From Deltaproteobacteria bacterium (GTDB lineage Bacteria; Desulfobacterota; Dissulfuribacteria; Dissulfuribacterales; UBA3076): DNA of 40,571 nt. The DNA lies in NCBI GenBank assembly GCA_030606515.1, contig JAUWGF010000001.1, positions 1 to 40,571 on the forward strand, read 5' to 3'. Each line of letters starts with the position of its first letter. The stretch's first letter is position 1. The position numbers were made by a program, and so were the translations under genes. Shown here piece by piece: positions 7,451-15,725 of the stretch. The notes beneath the pieces were generated by a model. It saw nothing but the letters and a program-made list of their open reading frames with translations. It was not told where the DNA came from and did no database searches.

Positions 7451-7606
7451 AGAAATAAGAACACCTGAGGAGAATATTTTTAATTAACTTAAGCTGCGGT
7501 TTCGGGGTGGTTTTGGTATAATTTCTGGGTCTTGGGAATGAAACCCGAAAAAAGGCGACCGATTCAAAGGCAGATGTCGTGTAGAAATGGAATTTCAATA
7601 ATGGAA

Positions 7607-8332
7607 TTAATGACGACGAAGTAAAGGGCTTAGCCCCCAGATCCTGAGGCCCTTGTCTTTGAGCCCAATAACCAGCAATGTGAGCAGTTCAATAAAAAGG
7701 GGCTCAGGAGGCGATCTCAAAGGATCATTTTTCACAAGAATTATGTCACCAGGACCCACATGTGTCAGAATGCGCTCAACTGAAGTATTAAAAAGGACTC
7801 CCTCACGCCACCTGAGCTTAATGGATGGATTGACCACGAAAAGACCCAGCTCTCTTGCCATTTTTACCAGTCGAAGGTCCTTCCATCCATGAGGCGGCAT
7901 AAGAAAGCAGGCGTCCCTTCCCTGGATGTCGCCTGCCAATGTCAGGCAGGGCTTGAGCATGTGCCTTAATTCTATTTTATTTTGAAAAATAAGCGATCTG
8001 TAAGTCTCTCCATGAATCCCTATCTCAAAGGACTGCAGAAGACGCATGGCCCTGGGATTACTCCTGGCTCTCTTCCCTTCTATGAAAAATGTGGCTGGTA
8101 TCTCAAGCTCATGCAGTCGTTTACAAATGGGCTCTGTTAACGGGTTTGGGCTCCGGTCGAACACAAGACTTATTGCGGGTACATTTCTGGAACCATGGGT
8201 TAACACCCTGCCCCATAAGGTGGCCCTGAGGCAAAAGATCTCATATGCGCCTGCTGCCAGAGCACCTGCCCCTCCTGCGAGAATAAAGCCCTTTAAAGCA
8301 CTCTTGGAAAAAATCCCCGTTGATTTCAGCAC
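7607..8332 (-). CDS. Polysaccharide deacetylase (NodB-homology) family protein with a divergent catalytic motif
   Basis: AISLVFDRSPNPLTEPICKRLHELEIPATFFIEGKRARSNP...EIGIHGETY resembles the NodB fold. The usual TFDDG motif reads VFDRSP. Confidence 0.5.
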   Translation of the reverse strand: MLKSTGIFSKSALKGFILAGGAGALAAGAYEIFCLRATLWGRVLTHGSRNVPAISLVFDRSPNPLTEPICKRLHELEIPATFFIEGKRARSNPRAMRLLQSFEIGIHGETYRSLIFQNKIELRHMLKPCLTLAGDIQGRDACFLMPPHGWKDLRLVKMARELGLFVVNPSIKLRWREGVLFNTSVERILTHVGPGDIILVKNDPLRSPPEPLFIELLTLLVIGLKDKGLRIWGLSPLLRRH

Positions 8333-8342
8333 TGTCTTAACC

Positions 8343-9353
8343 TCACTTATGACGCTCTAAAACAAACCATGCAAGACCATGGAGCAAGTCCCTTGTCTCT
8401 AATGGAGCAAATGTCTCTAAACTTTCACAGGCCAAGCCAACCAAGGCTTTTGCCCGACTTCGCGTATAATCCAGCCCCCCGGTATTGGCCAGCAAATCCT
8501 TCACCCACACAAGTTCCTTCTCGGAGGGATTGCCACCACTGAGCACCTGTAACAACCTCTCTTTTTCTCTGGAAGATGCCTTCTCAATGGCCACAACAAG
8601 GGGCAGTGTAATTTTTCCCTCCGCAAGGTCTGTCCCAATGGTCTTTCCCAACTCACCGGCATCTGCAGTATAATCAAGGATGTCGTCAATCATCTGAAAT
8701 GCCTGGCCCATATAGAGGCCATAATCGCTGAGGGCCTGCACCTCGGACTTCCCGGCACCGGCCAGGAGTGCCCCGATTTTACATGATGCAGAAATCAGCG
8801 AGGCCGTCTTTCTGCTAATGATTTCAAGATAGGTCTCCTCGTCAAAACTCGGGGTCTTTGCCTGTAAAAGCTGTATAATCTCACCTTCAGACATCAGGGC
8901 AACTGTCTCTGCAATGGCTTCTGCTATGCGGGTATCCCCGAACCGGCTGGCAAGCTCAATGGCCCTGCCATAGAGGAAATCCCCAACCAGGACCGTGGCC
9001 TTATTCCCCCAGATTTTATAGGCAGGGGATTTGCCGCGACGCATCACACCTCCATCTACTACGTCATCGTGGAGAAGACTGGCAGCATGGAGGTACTCCG
9101 GGACTGCTGAAAGACCGAACACGGCATCATCGTCTCTTCCACATAATCTTGCCGCGCATACGGTAAGTAGTGGCCTTAGACGTTTTCCTCCTGCGAAAAG
9201 GATGTACTGGCTTACTTTGTTTACAAAGGGTATATGAGAAGCAAAATGCCTGTTCAGCACCTGCTCAATTTTTTCAAAATCCGGTTTGAAGGAGTCCAAA
9301 ATGCCTTTGACCTTGGGTCTGTGGTCAGATAACTTCTCAGGAGATGCCTCCAC
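8343..9353 (-). CDS. ispB: Long-chain trans-polyprenyl diphosphate synthase
   Basis: GGKRLRP, first DDxxD block LLHDDVVDGGVMRRG, second block MIDDILDY. GTG start with SD aaaggggg. Product chain length cannot be read from the sequence. Confidence 0.8.
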   Translation of the reverse strand: MEASPEKLSDHRPKVKGILDSFKPDFEKIEQVLNRHFASHIPFVNKVSQYILFAGGKRLRPLLTVCAARLCGRDDDAVFGLSAVPEYLHAASLLHDDVVDGGVMRRGKSPAYKIWGNKATVLVGDFLYGRAIELASRFGDTRIAEAIAETVALMSEGEIIQLLQAKTPSFDEETYLEIISRKTASLISASCKIGALLAGAGKSEVQALSDYGLYMGQAFQMIDDILDYTADAGELGKTIGTDLAEGKITLPLVVAIEKASSREKERLLQVLSGGNPSEKELVWVKDLLANTGGLDYTRSRAKALVGLACESLETFAPLETRDLLHGLAWFVLERHK

Positions 9354-9426
9354 CTATAAAAAACCCCCTTTCCTAATCTTGAATAAAGAAATAACATAGA
9401 AAATAATAAAGGGCTATGCTCACGTA

Positions 9427-12114
9427 ATGGCACAGAACCGGAACATAAAAGATAAAACGATAAATATCACCCCTATGTTGCAACAATACAAAGACATTAA
9501 GTCCCAGTATCCTGACGCAATTTTATTTTTTCGCATGGGAGATTTTTACGAAATGTTTCTGGATGATGCCGAGATAGCCTCCCGGATTCTGGAAATCACA
9601 CTTACATCCAGAAACAAGCACAAAGAGGAGAAAATCCCGATGTGTGGTGTCCCGGTACATGCGGCTGAGAACTATCTGACCAGGCTCGTGCAGTCCGGGC
9701 ACCGGGTGGCAATATGTGAGCAGGTAGAAGACCCCAAAAAGGCCAAAGGGTTAGTCAAAAGAGAAGTGATCCGGGTGATGACTCCCGGACTCATCACTAC
9801 AGAAGGGAGCATAGGAGCCAAAACCAACAACTTCCTGATTTCTATAAATCCCGGAAGCACCAAAGACCCGTGGGGATTCTCCTGTCTTGACATCTCAACA
9901 GGAGAATTCAGGGTGACCGAACTTTTCAGGGAGGAAGATGCCCTTACAGAACTCTTCCGTCTGGAGCCTGCGGAAGTCCTCTTGCCGGAGAGCCGGCAGG
10001 AAGGACAACTTGTTGTCCGGGTGAAACAGGCCATCCCGGGGACCTTTCTGAGCTTCAGGCCGGACGTATGGTGGCAATATGACAGGGCTAAAGCAGACCT
10101 TCAGGAGCATTTAAGGACCCTTTCCCTGGATGGTTTCGGGCTCGCAGGGCTTAGTTCCGGCATCGGGGCGGCAGGGGCGCTTCTATCGTATGCTTCTGAG
10201 ACCCAAAAGGGCGAGGCATCTCATATAAACCATCTAAAACCTTATCGCCTGAGCGATCACCTCATCATAGATGAGGCCACAAAACAGAACCTGGAGCTGC
10301 TGTCAAACTCTTTGGACCGTGGCCGCCAAGGTACTCTGTTGGACGTTCTGGACCTCACTGTAACTCCCATGGGAGGGCGTCTTCTCAAGAAGTGGATACT
10401 CTATCCCTCAAGAGATATTGCTGAAATACAAGGCAGGCTGTCTGCCGTGGAAATCCTTAAAGAAAATCCTTCGGTTCGAGGAAATTTAAGAAAAGAGATG
10501 CGCCAGGTTTATGACATTGAGCGACTCGTGGCCAGGACAGTCCTTGGCACTGCAAATGGGAGGGACCTCCTGGCCCTCAAGCAATCTATTATTCGAATAC
10601 CAGGGATAAAAAAATCTCTTGAGAGTCTCTTGCAAATTCCCTCTTCAAAAAAAGACAAAAAAGGAGATTTGACTGAAATTCACATGGCCTTGGATCCCTT
10701 GCAGGACATAGCAGATATCATAAACCGTTCCATAAGAGATGACTGCCCAGTACTTCTCAGAGAGGGTAGGCTCATCAGGGAGGGATTCAACAAAGAACTT
10801 GATGAACTCATTCATATTCAGAGGGATGGCAGGTCTTTTATCGCCGGGTTGGAAGCCAGAGAACAAGAGAGGACCGGCATCCCATCTCTCAAAGTCGGAT
10901 TTAACAAGGTCTTTGGTTATTACCTTGAGATTTCAAAGGCCCGGGCCGACACTGTCCCTGATGATTACATCAGGAGGCAGACCCTTGTGGCGGCAGAACG
11001 CTATATTACTCCGGAACTAAAGGAGGTAGAATCAAAGATCCTTACTGCCCAGGACCAGAGGCTGGCCCTTGAATTCGAGCTGTTCCTGGAGATCCGGCTT
11101 CAAGTAGCTGAAGCAGGAATTCGCCTACAGAACACTGCTGCTGCACTGGCAAGGATAGACTGCCTGTCTTCCCTTGCAGAGGCAGCTGAACGCTATAACT
11201 ACGTGAGGCCCAAGCTGGATCACGACAGGAGAATATTTATACGCCAAGGCAGACATCCAGTTATAGAATATACCCTGAAGGAAGGTTTTGTTCCAAACGA
11301 CGTGGAGCTGAACCACCGCAATTCTCAGCTTCTGATTATAACCGGGCCGAACATGGCTGGTAAATCCACGGTCCTCAGGCAGACCGCCCTTATTGTCTTA
11401 ATGGCTCAGATGGGAAGCTTTGTCCCGGCAGAGGAGGCACAGATAGGTGTGGTGGACCGGATATTCACACGGGTAGGTGCTACAGACTACTTGACCCGGG
11501 GCCAAAGTACGTTCATGGTGGAAATGAATGAGACAGCAAATATCCTGCATAACGCCACGAGCCGGAGCCTTGTAATCTTGGACGAGATAGGCCGGGGGAC
11601 AAGCACCTACGATGGCCTTGCCATCGCATGGGCAGTGGCGGAAAATTTATTGTACAAAGACAAAAAGGGAGTAAAAACTCTCTTTGCCACCCATTATCAT
11701 GAACTGACAGACCTGGCAAAAAAGCACGACAGGGTGCGCAACATGCATATAGCTGTTAAAGAGTGGGAGGATCAGATAGTCTTTTTGCGACGCCTGGTGG
11801 ATGGGTTCACCAGTCGCAGTTACGGAATCCAGGTTGCTGCCCTGGCCGGTGTGCCTGAGTCAGTAATCAAAAAGGCCAAGGAGATCCTGAAAAGTATTGA
11901 AAAGAAGATCTCTAAGGACAAAAAGGAAATTCCTGCCGGTCCTGTGCGGGAAATGAGGCCTAAACAGCATCCGGTCCAGATGCCCCTACCACTTGTAATT
12001 GATCAGGGGGCTGAACTCAGAGAAAAGGTACTCTCTGCCGATATCAATAATATGACACCTCTTGAAGCCATTAACTACTTAGCAGAACTCAAATCTATGG
12101 CAGAAAAGAAGTAA
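9427..12114 (+). CDS. mutS: DNA mismatch repair protein MutS
   Basis: TPMLQQYKDIKSQYPDAILFFRMGDFYEMF N-terminus, Walker A ITGPNMAGKST, STFMVEM, DEIGRGTSTYDG. Confidence 0.95.
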   Translation: MAQNRNIKDKTINITPMLQQYKDIKSQYPDAILFFRMGDFYEMFLDDAEIASRILEITLTSRNKHKEEKIPMCGVPVHAAENYLTRLVQSGHRVAICEQVEDPKKAKGLVKREVIRVMTPGLITTEGSIGAKTNNFLISINPGSTKDPWGFSCLDISTGEFRVTELFREEDALTELFRLEPAEVLLPESRQEGQLVVRVKQAIPGTFLSFRPDVWWQYDRAKADLQEHLRTLSLDGFGLAGLSSGIGAAGALLSYASETQKGEASHINHLKPYRLSDHLIIDEATKQNLELLSNSLDRGRQGTLLDVLDLTVTPMGGRLLKKWILYPSRDIAEIQGRLSAVEILKENPSVRGNLRKEMRQVYDIERLVARTVLGTANGRDLLALKQSIIRIPGIKKSLESLLQIPSSKKDKKGDLTEIHMALDPLQDIADIINRSIRDDCPVLLREGRLIREGFNKELDELIHIQRDGRSFIAGLEAREQERTGIPSLKVGFNKVFGYYLEISKARADTVPDDYIRRQTLVAAERYITPELKEVESKILTAQDQRLALEFELFLEIRLQVAEAGIRLQNTAAALARIDCLSSLAEAAERYNYVRPKLDHDRRIFIRQGRHPVIEYTLKEGFVPNDVELNHRNSQLLIITGPNMAGKSTVLRQTALIVLMAQMGSFVPAEEAQIGVVDRIFTRVGATDYLTRGQSTFMVEMNETANILHNATSRSLVILDEIGRGTSTYDGLAIAWAVAENLLYKDKKGVKTLFATHYHELTDLAKKHDRVRNMHIAVKEWEDQIVFLRRLVDGFTSRSYGIQVAALAGVPESVIKKAKEILKSIEKKISKDKKEIPAGPVREMRPKQHPVQMPLPLVIDQGAELREKVLSADINNMTPLEAINYLAELKSMAEKK

Positions 12115-12167
12115 AAAGACAACATGAAACCGCATATGAACACAAAAGAGCGCGGATTTCTAAAACC

Positions 12168-13955
12168 ATGAGCCTGTTATTATCTGAGCGTAACTGCGTC
12201 TGGCTACGGTTTTTTCTATCCCTGTTTATCATTGTTTTCCTGTCAGGGACATTCTTGCTAATTGCCCTGGACTCTGCCCACGCAAAGCCCAGCAGAGCTG
12301 AATACACCTATCGTCAGGCCAAATCCGAATACGATCGCCTTGCCAGGAATTCCCGGCTCCGCACTCACAGAACAGCATGGGTCCGGGTAATTAAGAAGTT
12401 CAGAAAAGTCTACCTCACTTATCCCAATGACAAGAAGGTTGCCCCAAAGGCCCTCTTTATGATGGCCCGTTGCTACAGTGAATTATATGGATATTCAGGA
12501 GCCGGGAAGGACATCAGGGAGGCCATTGAGCGATATCAGGTCCTGGTAGAGAGATTCCCTAAAAGCCGCCTGGCAGATGACGCCCTCTACGCCCTTGGCG
12601 AGCTTTACAAGCGTACTGGAAATACCGGAAAGGCCCGAGAGGCCTGGGAAAAGATAGTTAAGGAATACCCTAAAAGAGACAAGGCCAGGATTGCCGGAAA
12701 CAAGCTGAAAACCTTAGGTCCTAAGCAACGGCAGAAAACAAAATCTTTAAAGCAGACAACACATTATGAGAAGGAAAAAGGGTCCGCCGGCCTCTCCAGC
12801 CCGAGGATTGCTCCAGGTGCAAAACCTGCCACTGTGCAGGAGGTGAGGCACTGGTCTGCTTCAGACTACACCAGGGTAGTAATTGACACGGCAGGCCCTG
12901 TATCCTTTAAGAAAGGATATCTTCCTGCCAATAAGGCCAAGCATCTTCCGGAACGTGTTTATTTAGACCTTAAGCCGGCCCGTATAGGGAAAAAACTCAA
13001 AGACAACATCTCTATACAGGACGGGCTACTCAAAGGAGTGAGAGTAGCCCAGTTCAACCGTAGTACAGTCCGGGTGGTACTTGACCTCAGGAAGACCCAT
13101 AAGACCAAAATCTTTTATCTTGAGGATCCCTTCAGGGTGGTGGTGGACGCCTTTGGAGAAAACTACTTCCAGAGGCCTTCCTGTCCTCCCCAGTCCTCAA
13201 AAATATATAAAAAGACCAGGGGCCAATTAAAAGGTAATGGTCTTTCTCTCGCGCAACAGTTAGGCCTCTGTGTAAAACGAGTGGTGATAGATGCAGGCCA
13301 TGGCGGAAAGGATCCGGGGGCTATCGGGCCTACCGGCCTAAGGGAAAAAGACGTTGTGCTCAAGATTTCGAAAAAAGTGGCTTCACGACTTGAAAAAGAC
13401 CTTGGCTGCCAGGTTATCCTGACCAGAAAGAAAGATCGGTTTCTGCCACTTACACAAAGGACTGCCATTGCCAACGCCAAAAAGGCCGATCTCTTTGTAT
13501 CTATTCATGCAAATGCAGCTCCCAACAAGAGAGCCAGGGGAGTTGAGACCTACTTTTTAAACTTTGCCCTGGATAAAGAGGCCATGAGGGTGGCAGCCAG
13601 AGAAAATGCTACATCTACTAAAAGCATAGGGGACCTCAAGAACATCCTCAACGACATAATGAAAAATGCCAAGGTCGATGAGTCCTCACGCCTGGCAGGT
13701 TATGTACAGAGGGAAGTTGTAAAGAACCTCAGAAAAAAATATCGAAATGTAAAAAGCAAAGGAGTCAAACAGGCCCCATTCTTTGTCCTGATAGGTGCAA
13801 GGATGCCTTCTGTTCTTGTTGAAGTATCGTTTATCAGTAACAGGAAAGAGGAAGAGCGCCTCAAAAGTGACCGCTATCTGGACCGCGTGGCCGAGGGAAT
13901 CGTAAACGGTATAAAATCATATATCAGTGGCACCAAATTGGCCTATCTTCCTTGA
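12168..13955 (+). CDS. N-acetylmuramoyl-L-alanine amidase with an N-terminal CpoB/YbgF-like TPR module and an AMIN domain
   Basis: TM or signal segment, then YbgF-like TPR (ALFMMARCYSEL..RYQVLVERFPKSRLADDALYALGELY..AWEKIVKEYPKRDKA). The AMIN region follows (VRHWSASDYTRVVIDTAG...VRVVLDL), then Amidase_3 (VVIDAGHGGKDPGAIG, SIHANA, ETYFL). Confidence 0.85.
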   Translation: MSLLLSERNCVWLRFFLSLFIIVFLSGTFLLIALDSAHAKPSRAEYTYRQAKSEYDRLARNSRLRTHRTAWVRVIKKFRKVYLTYPNDKKVAPKALFMMARCYSELYGYSGAGKDIREAIERYQVLVERFPKSRLADDALYALGELYKRTGNTGKAREAWEKIVKEYPKRDKARIAGNKLKTLGPKQRQKTKSLKQTTHYEKEKGSAGLSSPRIAPGAKPATVQEVRHWSASDYTRVVIDTAGPVSFKKGYLPANKAKHLPERVYLDLKPARIGKKLKDNISIQDGLLKGVRVAQFNRSTVRVVLDLRKTHKTKIFYLEDPFRVVVDAFGENYFQRPSCPPQSSKIYKKTRGQLKGNGLSLAQQLGLCVKRVVIDAGHGGKDPGAIGPTGLREKDVVLKISKKVASRLEKDLGCQVILTRKKDRFLPLTQRTAIANAKKADLFVSIHANAAPNKRARGVETYFLNFALDKEAMRVAARENATSTKSIGDLKNILNDIMKNAKVDESSRLAGYVQREVVKNLRKKYRNVKSKGVKQAPFFVLIGARMPSVLVEVSFISNRKEEERLKSDRYLDRVAEGIVNGIKSYISGTKLAYLP

Positions 13956-13966
13956 ACCTAAGTTGA

Positions 13967-14231
13967 GCGATTAGCTGTTAGCCATTAGCGTTTAGCTTTT
14001 GAATAAAACTGTTGGCATCCTTCATAGCAATCCAAAAGTAGTTTACGTTTTTGGGGGTAATATACCTCGAAAAATATGACCTGTGCGATTAGCTACTGAC
14101 CGTTAACTTTTAGCTTAATAACCCGTTTTTATACAAAGTTTTTACCTATACCTAACGGCTAACGGCTAACGGCTAACGGCTGGCATCCGTCTATGTTGAA
14201 AAAGTGTAAACTACAAAATGAAGGATGCCAA
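13967..14231. repeat. Second palindromic heptamer-armed element (TAACGGC-type arms plus an inner inverted repeat)
   Basis: The left arm reads GCGATTA GCTGTTA GCCATTA GCGTTTA (13967-13994). It faces four perfect TAACGGC units at 14153-14180, which are the inverted complement of GCCGTTA. The inner inverted repeat is ttggcatccttcat (14012-14025) / atgaaggatgccaa (14218-14231), plus gtagtttac (14038-14046) / gtaaactac (14206-14214). A direct copy of the left arm lies at 14085-14114. Confidence 0.6.
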
Positions 14232-14348
14232 TAAAACAGGTTGAATTTTGTTTCTCCTCTGCTAAAGTGGAGCACAATCTGTGGATTCCAAGTGTAATTC
14301 AATTGTAGTTGCATGGTGCGACAAAAAACCATTTTGCGGGAGGCGTCT

Positions 14349-14945
14349 ATGTATTGGGGAAATATGGGAGTAAAAATTTGTTTGCTGGCACTGATCTCGA
14401 TATTGAGCCTGGGACTTCTTGCCGGGTGCGGCAAAAAACCAGTAAGAGGCGGAGAAGAAGTACTTGTCACTGAGCAGATCGGGGAATCGGCCATAGGGCC
14501 TGAAGGAATGCCCGGTATTGCTGAAGTTGGTATGGGTGAGACGGAAATCCCAGGCGAAGCTATGGGCACTGCTGCCGGCTTTGGAGAGACTATTTCTGAG
14601 GGCAGAACCAGCGCCCCCATGCATCCCATATACTTTGACTTTGACCGTTTCAACATCCGGGACGACATGAAACCCGTAATGGAAGAGAATGCTCTGTTCC
14701 TGCTTGATCATCCGGAGGTCATGATCGAAATCCAGGGTAACTGTGATGACCGCGGTACCAATGAGTATAACCTGGCTCTTGGGGAAAGAAGGGCAAAAGG
14801 CGCCCAGGCATATCTTGTCAATCTGGGTGTAAACCCGGATCGTATAGGAACTGTGAGCTTTGGTGAGGAACGCCCTCTGGATCCAGAGCAAAACGAGGAC
14901 GCATGGGCAAAAAATCGTAGAGATGACTTAGTTGTCATAAAGTAG
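14349..14945 (+). CDS. pal: Peptidoglycan-associated lipoprotein Pal (OmpA-like domain)
   Basis: Lipobox LLAGC after a hydrophobic leader. The C-terminal OmpA_C domain reads IYFDFDRFNIR...NCDDRGTNEYNLALGERRA...VSFGEERP. SD gggagg lies 6 nt before ATG 14349, so the track start at 14313 is rejected. Confidence 0.85.
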   Translation: MYWGNMGVKICLLALISILSLGLLAGCGKKPVRGGEEVLVTEQIGESAIGPEGMPGIAEVGMGETEIPGEAMGTAAGFGETISEGRTSAPMHPIYFDFDRFNIRDDMKPVMEENALFLLDHPEVMIEIQGNCDDRGTNEYNLALGERRAKGAQAYLVNLGVNPDRIGTVSFGEERPLDPEQNEDAWAKNRRDDLVVIK

Positions 14946-14976
14946 TCTAAAAGGTTTTGATTATCCCAGGAAACTT

Positions 14977-15015
14977 TGACCACGCGTTGCATAGCAACGC
15001 CGTGGTCATTATTTT
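14977..15015 (+). terminator. Intrinsic terminator after pal
   Basis: Stem tgaccacgcgttgc (14977-14990), loop ata, stem gcaacgccgtggtca (14994-15008, one bulged C), followed by ttatttt. Confidence 0.6.
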
Positions 15016-15125
15016 GCAAAAGTGCCTTTTGAAAAAATCCTTAATCTTGTTCAATGGCAAAGCGTACAGAGCCATATGACAGAAGATGGGAGTTATGAAA
15101 AGGCTCGGGAGGTATTGATTGCCTT

Positions 15126-15689
15126 ATGAAAGGTCGCCTAAGCTTAATACCTGTGCTGCTGATTTTTCTGTGGACCGCGGTCCTGTGCTGTAGTGTAACT
15201 GCTGGAGAAGCCGCACAGGTAAAGATAGCTGTCATCAATATGCAAAAAGTGGTACGAAAATCCGTAGCCGGCCAAAAGGCTATGGAGAAGCTCAATAATA
15301 AATTTGAAAGCCTTCAGAAACAACTCAGGGCTAAACAAGATGAGTTGAAGGCCTTTAAGGAAGACCTTGAAAAAAAGGGCCCTTTGATGAATGAGGATGC
15401 CAAGGCAGAAAAAGAACGCGAATATAAGAAGGCCCTTCGGGATTTTAAAGATCAAAGCGACGATGCCCAGTTTGAAATGCGCCAGGCAGAATCCAAAAGT
15501 ATGGAGCCGGTACTCAAGGAACTTGAAAAGGTTGTGACCCGTATTGGTGAGGAAGGTGGATATACACTCATTCTGGAAAAAAACATACCTGGTATATATT
15601 TTAATGCCTCTAATGTCGATATCACGGACGAGGTCATAAAAGCCTACGATAACGAGGTAAAATCCAAGAACAAAAAGGATAAGAAATAG
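15126..15689 (+). CDS. skp: Periplasmic chaperone Skp/OmpH family
   Basis: Signal peptide, then KIAVINMQKV..., a long K/E-rich coiled region, and the C-terminal GGYTLILEKN...DITDEVIKAYD typical of OmpH. Confidence 0.8.
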   Translation: MKGRLSLIPVLLIFLWTAVLCCSVTAGEAAQVKIAVINMQKVVRKSVAGQKAMEKLNNKFESLQKQLRAKQDELKAFKEDLEKKGPLMNEDAKAEKEREYKKALRDFKDQSDDAQFEMRQAESKSMEPVLKELEKVVTRIGEEGGYTLILEKNIPGIYFNASNVDITDEVIKAYDNEVKSKNKKDKK

Positions 15690-15690
15690 A

Positions 15691-15718
15691 CCCTGAACCT
15701 TGAACCCTGAACCTTGAA
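15691..15718. repeat. Perfect tandem duplication of a 14-mer (two CCCTGAA/CCTTGAA heptamer pairs)
   Basis: ccctgaaccttgaa at 15691-15704 is repeated exactly at 15705-15718, between the skp stop and the tkt start. It is the same unit class as 1-40. Confidence 0.8.
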
Positions 15719-15725
15719 TTGGCCT

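Noticed and set aside
7299-7606. 308-bp spacer upstream of the kinase, examined for a small ORF or RNA gene
   Set aside because: I found only a short imperfect hairpin (ggatgaatg...cattcattcc) and the weak sigma-28-like match. There is no convincing ORF, tRNA-like structure or terminator.
14159-14891. 169-aa and 209-aa minus-strand ORFs
   Set aside because: They are antisense shadows of pal and the repeat region. They have no motifs, and pal on the plus strand has a lipobox and an OmpA domain.
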